Shown here piece after piece: positions 18,513 to 28,317 of a stretch of 36,554 bases of DNA. A program made the position numbers and the translations under genes. How positions within the stretch are numbered: position 1 is the stretch's first letter; each line of letters opens with the position of its first letter. Location: positions 1 through 36,554 of the forward strand of contig JBAXJR010000024.1 in NCBI GenBank assembly GCA_037137755.1. The letters are read 5' to 3'. The notes beneath the pieces are model-generated. The model did not search any database, was not told the DNA's origin, and worked only from the letters and a program-made list of their open reading frames with translations. The DNA is from Methanomicrobiales archaeon (GTDB lineage Archaea > Halobacteriota > Methanomicrobia > Methanomicrobiales > Methanospirillaceae).

Positions 18513-18999
18513 TTACACCAGCTCCTTTTCCATCCAGACTAAATCTAGCGGGGTAGTAAATTTAAATACTGCTTTGTGGAAGCGTCCACTCCAACAATCC
18601 ATAGTTCGCATGGAAACCAAGGCTTTCTTTATTTTTTGATGAAATGGTGGCGAGTAACAGACCAATTCCATGTGAATATGCTTCATTTTTAACGTGTTCA
18701 GGTAGTTTTTCCTATATCCCTGGTTCCGGAAACTGTGTTCAATTAACGTAACTGATGGTTGCAGTTATTGCAACGGCAGGGAACGGCAATAGTGGCCGAA
18801 GGATACTAAAGCCAATTACTTTTCCATTTTTTTCGAATATTTAGCATGTATGTATGGCTTCAATGAGAAATTCGAAGAACCTGGGCAGGACAGGAATGTC
18901 GGGATAAGTGGCATACCCATCTTTCACGTAATAATTGAAGATTTTGACTATCGCATCGCGGTCTGAGTCCTTTACCTTTTTAATGATAATGCCGGTAAT
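18513..18999 (-). pseudogene. GNAT N-acetyltransferase (phosphinothricin/methionine-sulfoximine acetyltransferase-like) pseudogene
   Basis: Manual translation: DRDAIVKIFNYYV..GYATYP..C*IFEKNGKVIGFSILRP..TATISY / FRNQG / LLATISSKNKESLGFHANYG / GRFHKAVFKF..LDLVWMEKELV*. ATT at the likely start, in-frame stop(s) and several frameshifts. Confidence 0.8.
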
Positions 19000-19150
19000 G
19001 ATTGCACCATTCAATTCCTGCAGGAAATTGGTTAGAATAAAAAAACAGTATTGCCGCGTATATATTCAATTATATTCGATTAAACCGTCAAAAATATCAT
19101 CCCCGGTAGCAGGACCTGCTAATACCCGGAAAATTCGGGCGATGCTTATG

Positions 19151-19519
19151 TTAATCAGCTATCGCAAGTTCGATTGCAACCCGGAGTCCGTCATCATCAA
19201 ACGGTTTCCTGATATAACCCTTTGGGCCGGTTTTCTTTGCACGTTTCAGGAAATCCTCTTCGGTATGAGAGGTAAGGTAGATAAATGGGATATGAGTATT
19301 TGCTGCAAGGAATTCTCCTATTTGTATACCGTCCATATCACCCTGTAATTCGATGTCCAGAAGAACAAGGTCAGGTGTCAGTTCTTTTATCTTTTCAATT
19401 GCATCTGCACCGTTGTTCGAAGAACCACAGACGCTATGACCGAGTTTAGTCAGACGCCACACAATGACCCTGGTGAGGACTTCATCATCTTCAACAAAAA
19501 AAATTCTTACTTGCTGCAT
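19151..19519 (-). CDS. Single-domain response regulator (CheY-like receiver)
   Basis: FVEDDE, PDLVLLDIEL (phospho-Asp), IYLTS, KPF. Start trimmed to ATG 19519. Confidence 0.9.
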   Translation of the reverse strand: MQQVRIFFVEDDEVLTRVIVWRLTKLGHSVCGSSNNGADAIEKIKELTPDLVLLDIELQGDMDGIQIGEFLAANTHIPFIYLTSHTEEDFLKRAKKTGPKGYIRKPFDDDGLRVAIELAIAD

Positions 19520-19640
19520 TCTTTGTTCCCTCCGAAAAACCTGCAAATCGGAATACTTATTATCCTTTTTATGCATTATAACCTATTAATTTATTTGCGG
19601 CAGAAAAAAAGATACAAAACCTTTGCAAAAAGAGATTTTC

Positions 19641-20942
19641 ATGAAGAATACCGTATCAAATGCCCGGATACTGACACTCCTGTTTATTGTTTTCATTGTG
19701 ATTATCACGTTCTCTTCCTTCCTCTACATCGATACTGTTGCGAAAACTGCTCTCAGGGAGTCAACCCGGGAAAACCTGATAGGATCTGCATCAATTATTG
19801 CGTCTCAACTGAATGGTGATGATCTTAACCAATTGAAACCCGGGGATGAATCTACCCTGAATTTTATTTCCCTGCGTAATTCTCTCAACACAATTCACCA
19901 GTCTGACCCATCAATCAAATATTTGTATACCATGCGAAAGAACGGCAGTGCTATTGAATTTGTTGTCGATGCCGATTATGGCATCAGACCTGACGGAGCG
20001 CCCATTGGCATGGTCTATCCGAATCCCCCCGCGGCGCTGTTTAATGGATTCAGTCAGCCCACAGCCGTAACAGAATTTTACACAGATGAGTGGGGTACCC
20101 TGCTTTCAGGATTTGCACCGATCCATGACAGCCGGGGTCAGGTTGTGGGGATTGTCGGGGTTGATATGGACAGCCAGGATGTAACCAGACGATTGGACTA
20201 TATCAGCACGATTTTCTATGCATTGTTGATAATAATCCTCTCAATCCTCGTAAGCGGGGCAATTATTTTTGATATCCGGCGGACACGTGTTGAATCCATG
20301 ATCAACCGGGCGAACCAGAAGCTGAATTTATTGAACAGTATCCTTAGGCATGATGTAATCAATACGCTTACGGCACTGATCGGTTACGTGGAAATGACAG
20401 AAGATATCGCAACCGACCCAGGAGTAAGGAAAAATCTTGCTGTTATTTCCAGGCAGACACAGAAAATCACCCAGCAGATTGTATTTACAAGGGATTACCA
20501 GAACCTTGGCATGAACATGCCGGAATGGCAGGATGTTGGGGCTGTCGTCCGCAAGTCCGCTTCGGAACTGGATGTGGGTCCTGTAACACTCACAACAGAC
20601 TTTTCAAATCTGAAAATTTATGCAGACCCGCTGTTAGAAAGGGTATTTCATACACTTCTCGAGAACAGTCTTGAGCACGGTGAGACGATAACATGGATTC
20701 GGGTGTATTACCGTATCTCCGGGCGTGACCTTACCCTGGTGCTAGAAGATAATGGTGTGGGTATACCGGAAAAGGAAAAATCAGCCATATTTACCCGTAA
20801 ATATTATAAAAATACCGGCCTTGGGTTATTTCTCGTGCGGGAAATCCTTTCAATGACGAATATTTCCGTCCAGGAAACAGGTATACCTGGTGATGGTGCA
20901 CGGTTTGAAATTTCCGTCCCGAAGGGTGTATATCGGTTGTAA
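19641..20942 (+). CDS. Membrane sensor histidine kinase with extracellular Cache-like domain
   Basis: Two TM helices flank YTDEWG..LSGFAPI...VGIVGVD. H-box LRHDVIN, N-box LLENS, DNGVGI and TGLGLF. Confidence 0.88.
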   Translation: MKNTVSNARILTLLFIVFIVIITFSSFLYIDTVAKTALRESTRENLIGSASIIASQLNGDDLNQLKPGDESTLNFISLRNSLNTIHQSDPSIKYLYTMRKNGSAIEFVVDADYGIRPDGAPIGMVYPNPPAALFNGFSQPTAVTEFYTDEWGTLLSGFAPIHDSRGQVVGIVGVDMDSQDVTRRLDYISTIFYALLIIILSILVSGAIIFDIRRTRVESMINRANQKLNLLNSILRHDVINTLTALIGYVEMTEDIATDPGVRKNLAVISRQTQKITQQIVFTRDYQNLGMNMPEWQDVGAVVRKSASELDVGPVTLTTDFSNLKIYADPLLERVFHTLLENSLEHGETITWIRVYYRISGRDLTLVLEDNGVGIPEKEKSAIFTRKYYKNTGLGLFLVREILSMTNISVQETGIPGDGARFEISVPKGVYRL

Positions 20943-21148
20943 TTCTGGGTTTCCTGGTGAGGAACAGGAATTTCTTAATTCAGGACTCCTGGCATTTGTC
21001 CCAATCATGATTAACACATTTAACTTCAGGTAATCAGTCAAAATCAATGGGGTAAGTGATCATGGACCATTTTCAGGACAAAATTTAGTTCCGGTATCAT
21101 TTAAAATATATTCCGTTACATCCAATTATTAAATTGGGATAGTGAACC

Positions 21149-21382
21149 ATGACCGATATTTGCGAAGACTGCTCGATTTGCGAAAGGCGTGAAGCATGCG
21201 CCGCAGTGAATGTGTTATTATGTCCTGCTTGTGGGGCCCGTGGAACAATTCAGAATATTTTCGATAATAATGGCAATTTTGAAACAATTGTTTTCTCAAA
21301 AGAAATTAAGATCGTTGAAGTAGAAGGCCATAGTGTACCGGTATGCAATAAATGCGGTGCTATGATGGAACCGGAAGAATAA
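21149..21382 (+). CDS. Small Cys-rich zinc-ribbon-like protein
   Basis: CEDCSIC....C, CPACG and CNKCG in 77 aa; TTTAAA upstream. Confidence 0.65.
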   Translation: MTDICEDCSICERREACAAVNVLLCPACGARGTIQNIFDNNGNFETIVFSKEIKIVEVEGHSVPVCNKCGAMMEPEE

Positions 21383-21658
21383 ACCGATTAACCTCGATTT
21401 TTATGGATAGTTATATCTGACCGTTAGCATATGACATACATTACCTCCGAACCGATCAAAGATATCGCTTCAGATAAGGATAGGGAAGGTCCTATCATCA
21501 ATAATACTATTATTCGGACAAGGTAGATAGCAAACCAGAGGATCGATGCTATGAGAACAACTGCAGGATAAGGAAGGTTTACGAAAAGTGTGAGACCTCA
21601 CTTCCCACTTTGAGTATCTAATAGGTGAATAAATGACAGAAAAAAATCTGGATCATTA

Positions 21659-22597
21659 TTATGGTTTTCTCCTGCTGACAAGGAATACGACAGCAATTAC
21701 AAGACCAAGGAGTGGAAGAAAGCTCATTGCGGTTTTTGTTGGGATAGGCGGAGCTATGGTCTTTGCACCGGGTGGAAGGGCGGTTACCATTCCTATAGGG
21801 ATTGAGGGTTGAGCTATCATCGGTATCCCATTTACCATTTCGGCTTTCACGGGTGATGGTGTCACATTGGTCGAAGTCGGTGTATTCGTATCGATATTGT
21901 GGGAGGAATCTCTGGTGCCACCCGGACTACTCCCGGGAGGGGAATCGGCAGCGGAATCAATAATACCAAGGCTGGAATTCAATAGGGGGTCCGGTGAACC
22001 GACGGTCACTATTTTTGAAAATGCCGTTGAACCATTGACCCTGGCATTAAGTTCTACCGTTCCCAAATCCATTCCAGCCAACGTAAACGAAATTACACCA
22101 TTTTCAGGACCTTTTTTGGTCCCGTTCATCTCCAGGTATGCGATTACAGAAGATGCACCTGGCGACGCATTTCCGCTTATCTTCATAAAATCATACGTAC
22201 CACTTGATATGTTGTACGTATATGATGTGTTATACGATCCCCCGATTGAATGCCCGGTCTTTCGGATCTCTATATCTCCTTTTTTCACTGCAAATGTGTT
22301 GAGGTCCGTATTATGCATACTTGCATGTATCTGACTCGCTTTCAGGGAGAATGGCATCTGGAAGTTATCTGCTTCAAATAAGAATTCTCCACCCGGCTTT
22401 ACCGGAAACGTGCCGGTGATCCGGAATGTAAATGTCGCACCATCCGGGAGACCCATTATATTCATTGATACATTGTCGCCTTTCACTATCTGGCTGGATG
22501 GCGTCGTTATCGACAGAGCTGTAGAGCATACAACCAGGATACAACACAAACCTGCAATGAGAAGCACTTTTGTCATAGGTACCGGTACACGATTCAT
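21659..22597 (-). CDS. Secreted/surface protein with Pro/Thr/Ser linker and C-terminal membrane anchor
   Basis: Signal peptide, beta-rich core with N-x-S/T sequons, and a PTKT-hydrophobic-RRK tail. Confidence 0.75.
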   Translation of the reverse strand: MNRVPVPMTKVLLIAGLCCILVVCSTALSITTPSSQIVKGDNVSMNIMGLPDGATFTFRITGTFPVKPGGEFLFEADNFQMPFSLKASQIHASMHNTDLNTFAVKKGDIEIRKTGHSIGGSYNTSYTYNISSGTYDFMKISGNASPGASSVIAYLEMNGTKKGPENGVISFTLAGMDLGTVELNARVNGSTAFSKIVTVGSPDPLLNSSLGIIDSAADSPPGSSPGGTRDSSHNIDTNTPTSTNVTPSPVKAEMVNGIPMIAQPSIPIGMVTALPPGAKTIAPPIPTKTAMSFLPLLGLVIAVVFLVSRRKP

Positions 22598-22792
22598 GAG
22601 TATGCACTCCTACTGTATCGATCTGAACGATGAAATGGCTTAAAGGTATCTGATTTTATTTGTAAAAAAAATTGGGCTTGTGTATTTCGAAGATTAACAT
22701 CGAGTGTCCCGCGATATAGAAACTGCCAAAAAATAACAATTACTCGCTTTGTTGAAACTCTCTTGCGGATTTGGATATTCCGATATTTACTT

Positions 22793-22840
22793 ACGCTTCC
22801 GGTGCTCATGGCCCGCCGCTGTGGCTACCCCGGTTGGGAT
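22793..22840 (+). repeat. 48-bp GC-rich dispersed repeat, copy 1
   Basis: 44/48 identical to 27989-28036, same orientation. Confidence 0.9.
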
Positions 22841-22870
22841 CGGGAAGAATCTCCAAATCTCTGAAATAAT

Positions 22871-23386
22871 TTATGAGCTATCTATTGTTATTGGAATTAT
22901 ATGATGGGTCTCAGGAATCGAATCCAGGTTAGAGAATGTTTCCTTGTAGCCATCAGGATACGAAATTATCGTTTTATCAGGCGAGAAGTCCGGATTAACA
23001 AGGGGTGCAAACCAGTATTGCTTTAATATCTGATCTGCAGCAGCAAATGACAGCGGTGGAGTAGTCAGCGTTGTTCCCCGGTCATCCAGCGATTTCATTG
23101 CAAAGTTCATAACCGTGAGACTCACCGAATTGCTAGTTATTCTATCAACCGTAACAGGACGATTCAGATTACTTTCCAAAGCGTGTTGAAGTTCTTTTGC
23201 TGGATCTGCGATTCTGATAAATACGGCAATGTTTTCAACCCAGTTTAATGAATAGTTAAATTGAATTTGTGCATTTCCAGATGGCAGAACTGCAATATAC
23301 AGAGAATCTGCTGTGAATGCCTGCACAGGAAATATGATGGCCATTGTTAGAATGAGAAAGCCTGCGAAAACGATTATTTTTTTCAT
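22871..23386 (-). CDS. Secreted hypothetical protein
   Basis: MKK-hydrophobic-VQA/F signal peptide; 171-aa ORF. Confidence 0.75.
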   Translation of the reverse strand: MKKIIVFAGFLILTMAIIFPVQAFTADSLYIAVLPSGNAQIQFNYSLNWVENIAVFIRIADPAKELQHALESNLNRPVTVDRITSNSVSLTVMNFAMKSLDDRGTTLTTPPLSFAAADQILKQYWFAPLVNPDFSPDKTIISYPDGYKETFSNLDSIPETHHIIPITIDSS

Positions 23387-23505
23387 GGTTGACTGTACCT
23401 ACATTTTCTGCATAAATATTCTCTCTGTTCGGAAGGCAATTTTTTAAAATTTTTCGATTTTTCCGGAGACCTTTCGTTTAACTATTGAATCATCCTTCCG
23501 GGTAT

Positions 23506-24499
23506 TATATATAACGTCATATTAATTCTAGTATAATCATAAAGGAGTAGCCCCTTAATAAGAATGAGAAGATATTTCTGAAGAGATTAAGTGTAAATAA
23601 TGCAGATCAAGTGATTCTAAAGATACAGAAAGAAATCGGACGTTCAGATGATTCAAGATATGATCATCGTTTGCATGGTGTACTCCTCGTGGGAAAAGGA
23701 AAGGATTGTTATGAGGTTGCTGAAATAAACAAAGATTTGCGAAAAAATCCTGAGGAATTAGGGTATCATCAACATCTATGGGACGGCAAGTTGTTAAGTC
23801 ATCATCTTAAAGAAAAATATTCTCTCTTAATTGGAGTCCGCCAGGCACAACGATTATTTCACAAATTGGGATTCAGTCGACGGAAACCTCGCCCCGTACT
23901 ATCCCGGAGCGATTTTGACGATCAGGAAGCCTTTAAAAAAACTCATTGAGTTGAGCAAATGGAACAATGTTGAAATATGGTCGATTGATGAGTGTCACTT
24001 CCAACAGCATGGATCGCGATCTGTAATGTGGCTTCCCCAGAAGAAAAAGATCCTATCGTTTTGAAGGAGCCAACCTGATTTCATACCAGTGTTTTTGGTG
24101 CTGTGAATGTTGGAACTGGACGGCTCATACATCAAATGAGTGAGACGTTTAAAGCGGTACCTTTTTTGGATTTTCTCAAAATTCTCTTATCTTTTCGAAT
24201 AGATCTGAATGTTAAACATCTGATCCTTGATAACAGCAGATATCATCACGCAAAACTACTGGCGCCCTGGCTGAATGAGCAAAAAGAGGAAATTGTACTC
24301 GACTTTCTCCCGCCATATAGCCCTCAATTGAATCCAATCGAACGAGTGTGGAAACAGACCCGGCAAAAATCTGCACATAATCGATATTTCCCTATGCTTT
24401 CTGACCTCGGACAAGCTGTTCAGGTGCAGTTCTCCCGTTGGAGTTTGCCGAATGCGATATTGGTGCAATTATGTACAATTAATTAAGGCGCCATGTATA
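23506..24499 (+). mobile_element. Decayed IS630-family insertion sequence
   Basis: Imperfect terminal inverted repeats TATATATAACGTC (23506-23518) and GGCGCCATGTATA (24487-24499): 9/13 match, all mismatches are transitions, TA at both ends. DDE motifs inside. Confidence 0.85.
23578..24486 (+). pseudogene. IS630 transposase pseudogene
   Basis: Fragments SRYDHRLHGVLL, WDGKLLSHHL..GFSRRKPRP, SIDECHFQQHG, LILDNSRYH and FLPPYSPQLNPIERVW. CTG at the likely start, frameshifts and an internal TGA (EPT*FH). Confidence 0.88.
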
Positions 24500-24716
24500 G
24501 TAACAAAAATCCCAACAAGAAGTATAACATTGAACTGGTACTATCAGACCATTTTTAATAGGAAAGGACTCAACTGAATGCTGTAGCGCCTGGGGGATGG
24601 GTATCCGATATCCATGGGCCATATCGCGTTACCCGGAGACCCAAAAATCTGACTGCAGCATGTCAGCATGATATGCGGGGTCTGGTTTGTTTCCGGAGAG
24701 AAAGGAGATGAAAATA

Positions 24717-25025
24717 ATGAAAGTTCTGAAACTACCGGGCAGCCGTATCCTGCTCATTGCCATGCTCGTGATGGGGCTTTTCCTCGCACCTGTCGCACTG
24801 GCAGATGTGCAGGGAGCATTTTTGTATGGCATAAAAGGATTCCCGGGAGCATCATCAGCACAACCGGCATTGACCACGGTGTCGGGGCCGTACGCATTGG
24901 GATCGGTCTCCGCATATGGAGCTGTAAGCAGCCGGACTCCATCGTCACACCTCGATTACTCAGAGACTGTGTCGGCCAGTGGTAAGATAACAAACTTTGC
25001 CTTCTCATTCCATTATGAAGGTTAG
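24717..25025 (+). CDS. Small secreted protein, truncated paralogue of 932-1753
   Basis: GGAG ribosome-binding site (alternative ATG 24708), signal peptide ending ALA-D, GSVSAY and LDYSETVSASG.I.NF motifs. Confidence 0.7.
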   Translation: MKVLKLPGSRILLIAMLVMGLFLAPVALADVQGAFLYGIKGFPGASSAQPALTTVSGPYALGSVSAYGAVSSRTPSSHLDYSETVSASGKITNFAFSFHYEG

Positions 25026-25093
25026 GCCAAAAATCTGATTAGTCCATACGGATTTTTGGCATACTGTAGAATAAAAGGCCCCGGAAGGGGCCT
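25026..25093. terminator. Two hairpins between convergent genes
   Basis: GCCAAAAATC/GATTTTTGGC (25026-25060) and AGGCCCC-GGAA-GGGGCCT (25076-25093). The second has a short T-run on the minus strand. Confidence 0.55.
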
Positions 25094-25166
25094 CCTTACT
25101 CAAAATTATTATGGGTTGTTACCCGCCCCTCACCCGACGTTCAGATGAAATTTTCAGAACTGCAGC

Positions 25167-25385
25167 TTAGTTCTTTTCAACAGAAATGATACTGCCAACT
25201 CTTCCCACTTTCCCGTCAGCCAGGCGCACCTTTATGCCGTGAGGGTGAAACGAGGAATTTGTGAGGATCTCCCCAACAATGCCACGGGTCTTCTTTCCGG
25301 ACCTCTGGTCCTGTTTCTGGATGATATCGACCGTCATCCCGTTGCTGACGCTTATCCGGTACCTTCCGTCCTGTGCTGGTATCAT
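25167..25385 (-). CDS. YwbE-family (DUF2196) protein
   Basis: VDII.KQDQRSGKKTRGIV.EILTNSSFHPHGIKVRL.DG.VGRV. AGGTGA precedes ATG 25385. Confidence 0.88.
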   Translation of the reverse strand: MIPAQDGRYRISVSNGMTVDIIQKQDQRSGKKTRGIVGEILTNSSFHPHGIKVRLADGKVGRVGSIISVEKN

Positions 25386-25427
25386 ACCTCTGTCACCTGT
25401 TAATAACATTTAAAAAAAAAGAAAATA

Positions 25428-27257
25428 TCAGATATACCGTGCCTTTTTCGAGAGTTTTCGCGGCGTATAAAGGGGGCGGAACGGCATGCTGCCAATGTCC
25501 TGCCGGATTACTGCAATGACCTCCTGTTCAGTCAGCGTAACTTTGTGAGGCTTGTCTTTTGCAGATTCTTTCCGGATGGTAACGGTGAGTTTTCCGCTCT
25601 CCACCTCGGCATCCCCGACAACAATCACGTAGGGAACCCAGTCCATCGCGGATTCCCTGATCTTCTTCCCGACACTTTCATCGCGGTCATCGAGATCTGC
25701 ACGGATATTCGCAATGTTCATCCTCTCCGCAATCTCTGCCGCAAACGGGAGGTGGCGTTCGGCCACCGGGACCACGCGGACCTGGGAGGGTGACAGCCAG
25801 ACCGGTAGCATGGGCACTTCCATCGAGGCGGTGCTTTCAAGGATGGCACAGATTACCCGTTCCACGCTGCCGGTTGGCGAGCAGTGAAGGATAGGGGGAT
25901 GGACTTCTGTTCCGTCCATCAGGTGGTACTTGATATCGAACCGTATCGAGCTTTCGACGTCAATCTGAACCGTCGGGTTTTCAATCGGACGGCCCTGGCC
26001 ATCTATTGCCGCAAGGTCAATCTTTGCAATCCAGTAATGGACCCGGCCCGAAAGGATCTCAATCAGGAGGGGCATACCCGAGTCAGCCACGACCTTCTTT
26101 ACCCAGCCTTCGTGCTCCGTGTAAAAGTCACGGGTACACCGGAATACCCCTACCAGTTCCGTACCAAAATCTTTCCCTGTTTTCCAGCCCATGGTGAGCT
26201 GCTCTTCAAAACACTTCAGTGCTTCAGGCATGTCAGTACAGAGCGAGTGCATATCAGGCATCGTAAATGCACGCAGGCGCTTGAGCCCGATGACCTCTCC
26301 TTTCTGTTCATGACGGAACGAATAGGTGGAAAGTTCGTACATCTTCATCGGCAGTGCATTCGGAGAAATATGCATGTCACGCATGATGGAGAACATACCG
26401 AAACATGCGGCAAACCGCAGCATCATATTACGGTTACCGCTCTTGAAGCGGTACTGGCGTTCACCGAATTTATCGGCGTGTTCATAAATCGCACGGTCGC
26501 CGAGGTCGTACATTACCGGGGTCTCGACAGGGGTCCCGCCATAGGGAAGGATCATCTGGAGCACGTAGTCGGCAAGGAGGTCCCTGATAAGCTTGCCGCG
26601 GGGTAACCAGCGGAGGTGCCCGACATCGCTCGCCGGTTCGTAATCGACAAGTTCCTTGGACCGCATCAGTTCGACATGGACAGGTTCCCCACCTGCGGAA
26701 GTCTGTTCACCGAGTTCTTTCCGGACAAGACAACCGAAGGGGGTTTTGTCCATATAACCGGCTACATCGTGCTGCTTTCCATCCGGGGTCATTACGAAGA
26801 ACTCGTGAGTGACAGTTGATTTCGGCTTTACGGCGACATCTTCACCCGGGACAATCGTCTTTGAGAGTTCAGACAGGGGATGGCCCTTGCAGGAGAGTGA
26901 AAAAGACTTGTACCAGCCGAACGGCGCACGTTTAACATCGAAATCAACTTTCAGTTCTCGTTCGAGGGCCTGGAGGACAGCAATGGCCACATCCGGGTTT
27001 GCGAGGTCACTTGAAAGGTGGGCATACGGGTAGAGCATGACATTTCGCACAGAGAGTTGTGCGGCTGTCTTCCTGACCTCTTCTGCAGCCTGTGCAACAA
27101 CACCGTTGACATCATCCTCATCCACGGATTCAACCGCACAAAAGACAATTAAGGTCTCTTTCTGGGAGTCCTTGAGAATGGCCCCTTCCTCGGCCATCCG
27201 GGTCTTCTTTTTCGCTTCATATTCAATAAAATCAGAGTGTATCAGAAGAAGTCGCAT
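25428..27257 (-). CDS. thrS: Threonine--tRNA ligase, archaeal type
   Basis: MRLLLIHSD editing domain with YPYAHLSS and [29 protein letters not shown], and a C-terminal anticodon-binding domain. Confidence 0.96.
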   Translation of the reverse strand: MRLLLIHSDFIEYEAKKKTRMAEEGAILKDSQKETLIVFCAVESVDEDDVNGVVAQAAEEVRKTAAQLSVRNVMLYPYAHLSSDLANPDVAIAVLQALERELKVDFDVKRAPFGWYKSFSLSCKGHPLSELSKTIVPGEDVAVKPKSTVTHEFFVMTPDGKQHDVAGYMDKTPFGCLVRKELGEQTSAGGEPVHVELMRSKELVDYEPASDVGHLRWLPRGKLIRDLLADYVLQMILPYGGTPVETPVMYDLGDRAIYEHADKFGERQYRFKSGNRNMMLRFAACFGMFSIMRDMHISPNALPMKMYELSTYSFRHEQKGEVIGLKRLRAFTMPDMHSLCTDMPEALKCFEEQLTMGWKTGKDFGTELVGVFRCTRDFYTEHEGWVKKVVADSGMPLLIEILSGRVHYWIAKIDLAAIDGQGRPIENPTVQIDVESSIRFDIKYHLMDGTEVHPPILHCSPTGSVERVICAILESTASMEVPMLPVWLSPSQVRVVPVAERHLPFAAEIAERMNIANIRADLDDRDESVGKKIRESAMDWVPYVIVVGDAEVESGKLTVTIRKESAKDKPHKVTLTEQEVIAVIRQDIGSMPFRPLYTPRKLSKKARYI

Positions 27258-27320
27258 AGTTCACTTCCGGAATACTAAAATCATCCTTAATAAATGTGAT
27301 TTCATACGGTATATACCCAT

Positions 27321-27878
27321 TCAACCAGCCTTGGGGTTCTCATGGTACCGCGACAGGGTTGCCTGTCTCTGGTTCATGTATTTCGCATCGCCTTTCATGT
27401 TGTACGGTTTTAATGCACGTTCTGTGGTATAGAACACCAGCTGTCCAATCGGCATCCCGGCGTACACCTTTACCGGGCGCTGATTGACATTACACATCTC
27501 GAGGGTGATCGACCCGGTAAACCCTGCATCAATCCATCCACCGGTCTGATGGAGCTCAACTCCAAGCCTTGCGATGCTACTCTTCCCCTCGATACTTGCC
27601 ACGATGTTGTCAGGAAGAGAAATTACTTCAAGCGTCTCAGCGAGCATGAAGTGGCCGGGATTAATCACAATGGAGTCAGCGGTTAGTTCTTTTGTATCTA
27701 CCGTTATTGTCTCCTTCTGGTACGGATCAATCACTTCGTCCCCTTCTTCGTACCAGACGAAATGGTTCCCGAGGCGGATATCGAGGGAATTCGGCTGTAC
27801 CAGGTTTGGGTCGAACGGGTCTATGGTGATATAGCCCCTGTTGATGCGGTCAAGGATCTGCCAGTCGACAAGGATCAT
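27321..27878 (-). CDS. dcd: dCTP deaminase
   Basis: [41 protein letters not shown]. Confidence 0.93.
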   Translation of the reverse strand: MILVDWQILDRINRGYITIDPFDPNLVQPNSLDIRLGNHFVWYEEGDEVIDPYQKETITVDTKELTADSIVINPGHFMLAETLEVISLPDNIVASIEGKSSIARLGVELHQTGGWIDAGFTGSITLEMCNVNQRPVKVYAGMPIGQLVFYTTERALKPYNMKGDAKYMNQRQATLSRYHENPKAG

Positions 27879-27988
27879 TCTGCACTAGTATACAACCGGG
27901 TTACACATAACTTCTCTGAAATATAAAAAAATGACTTGAAGGAATAACAGAAAAATCTTACATAATCCTGGTTGTACCAAACCTATTG

Positions 27989-28036
27989 ACGCTCCCGGGG
28001 CTCATGGCCCGCCGCTGTGGCGACGCCGGTTGGGAT
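27989..28036 (+). repeat. 48-bp GC-rich dispersed repeat, copy 2
   Basis: 44/48 identical to 22793-22840. Confidence 0.9.
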
Positions 28037-28317
28037 AAAGACTGCACCCCACACTCTGAAATTAATGACAGCCTGGAAACCCTGCACAAGGAATATCTTA
28101 TGGGGGGGTAGGGAGAGGGCGAAACTCCCTCCGGTCTTAGTGTCCATCATATTTGACATTAAAAAAATTCATTCTCATAACGAGTAGGTCAACGGAATTC
28201 TAAACGTTGATTTCAATTCATGAATAGTGTTAAAATTGCGAAAAATAATAATAAACTCCATTCCACCTAGATTATCTGATAAATCCTAAATGAGAAAAAT
28301 TATTCGTATCCATTATC

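Noticed and set aside
18513-18570. Apparent TATA box plus a MEKELV upstream ORF ahead of the Cys-repeat gene
   Set aside because: It is the C-terminus of the GNAT pseudogene.
18935-19348. 137-aa plus-strand ORF
   Set aside because: Antisense to the response regulator and the GNAT pseudogene; no motif.
24076-24078. In-frame TGA/TAG codons as selenocysteine or pyrrolysine recoding
   Set aside because: They occur only in sequences with additional frameshifts, and no conserved gene needs read-through.
24641-25038. 12-bp direct repeat CCAAAAATCTGA flanking the small secreted gene
   Set aside because: Short and A-rich. The second copy is part of a hairpin, and there is no other sign of a target-site duplication.
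25884-26606. Long alternative ORFs (this 240-aa one, also 28915-29586 and 33700-34332)
   Set aside because: Antisense shadows of thrS, trmJ and gatB with no recognisable motifs.
22793-28036. The 48-bp repeat as a CRISPR repeat or the ends of a composite transposon
   Set aside because: Only two copies, 5 kb apart, with no spacers or cas genes. They enclose the core genes thrS and dcd.
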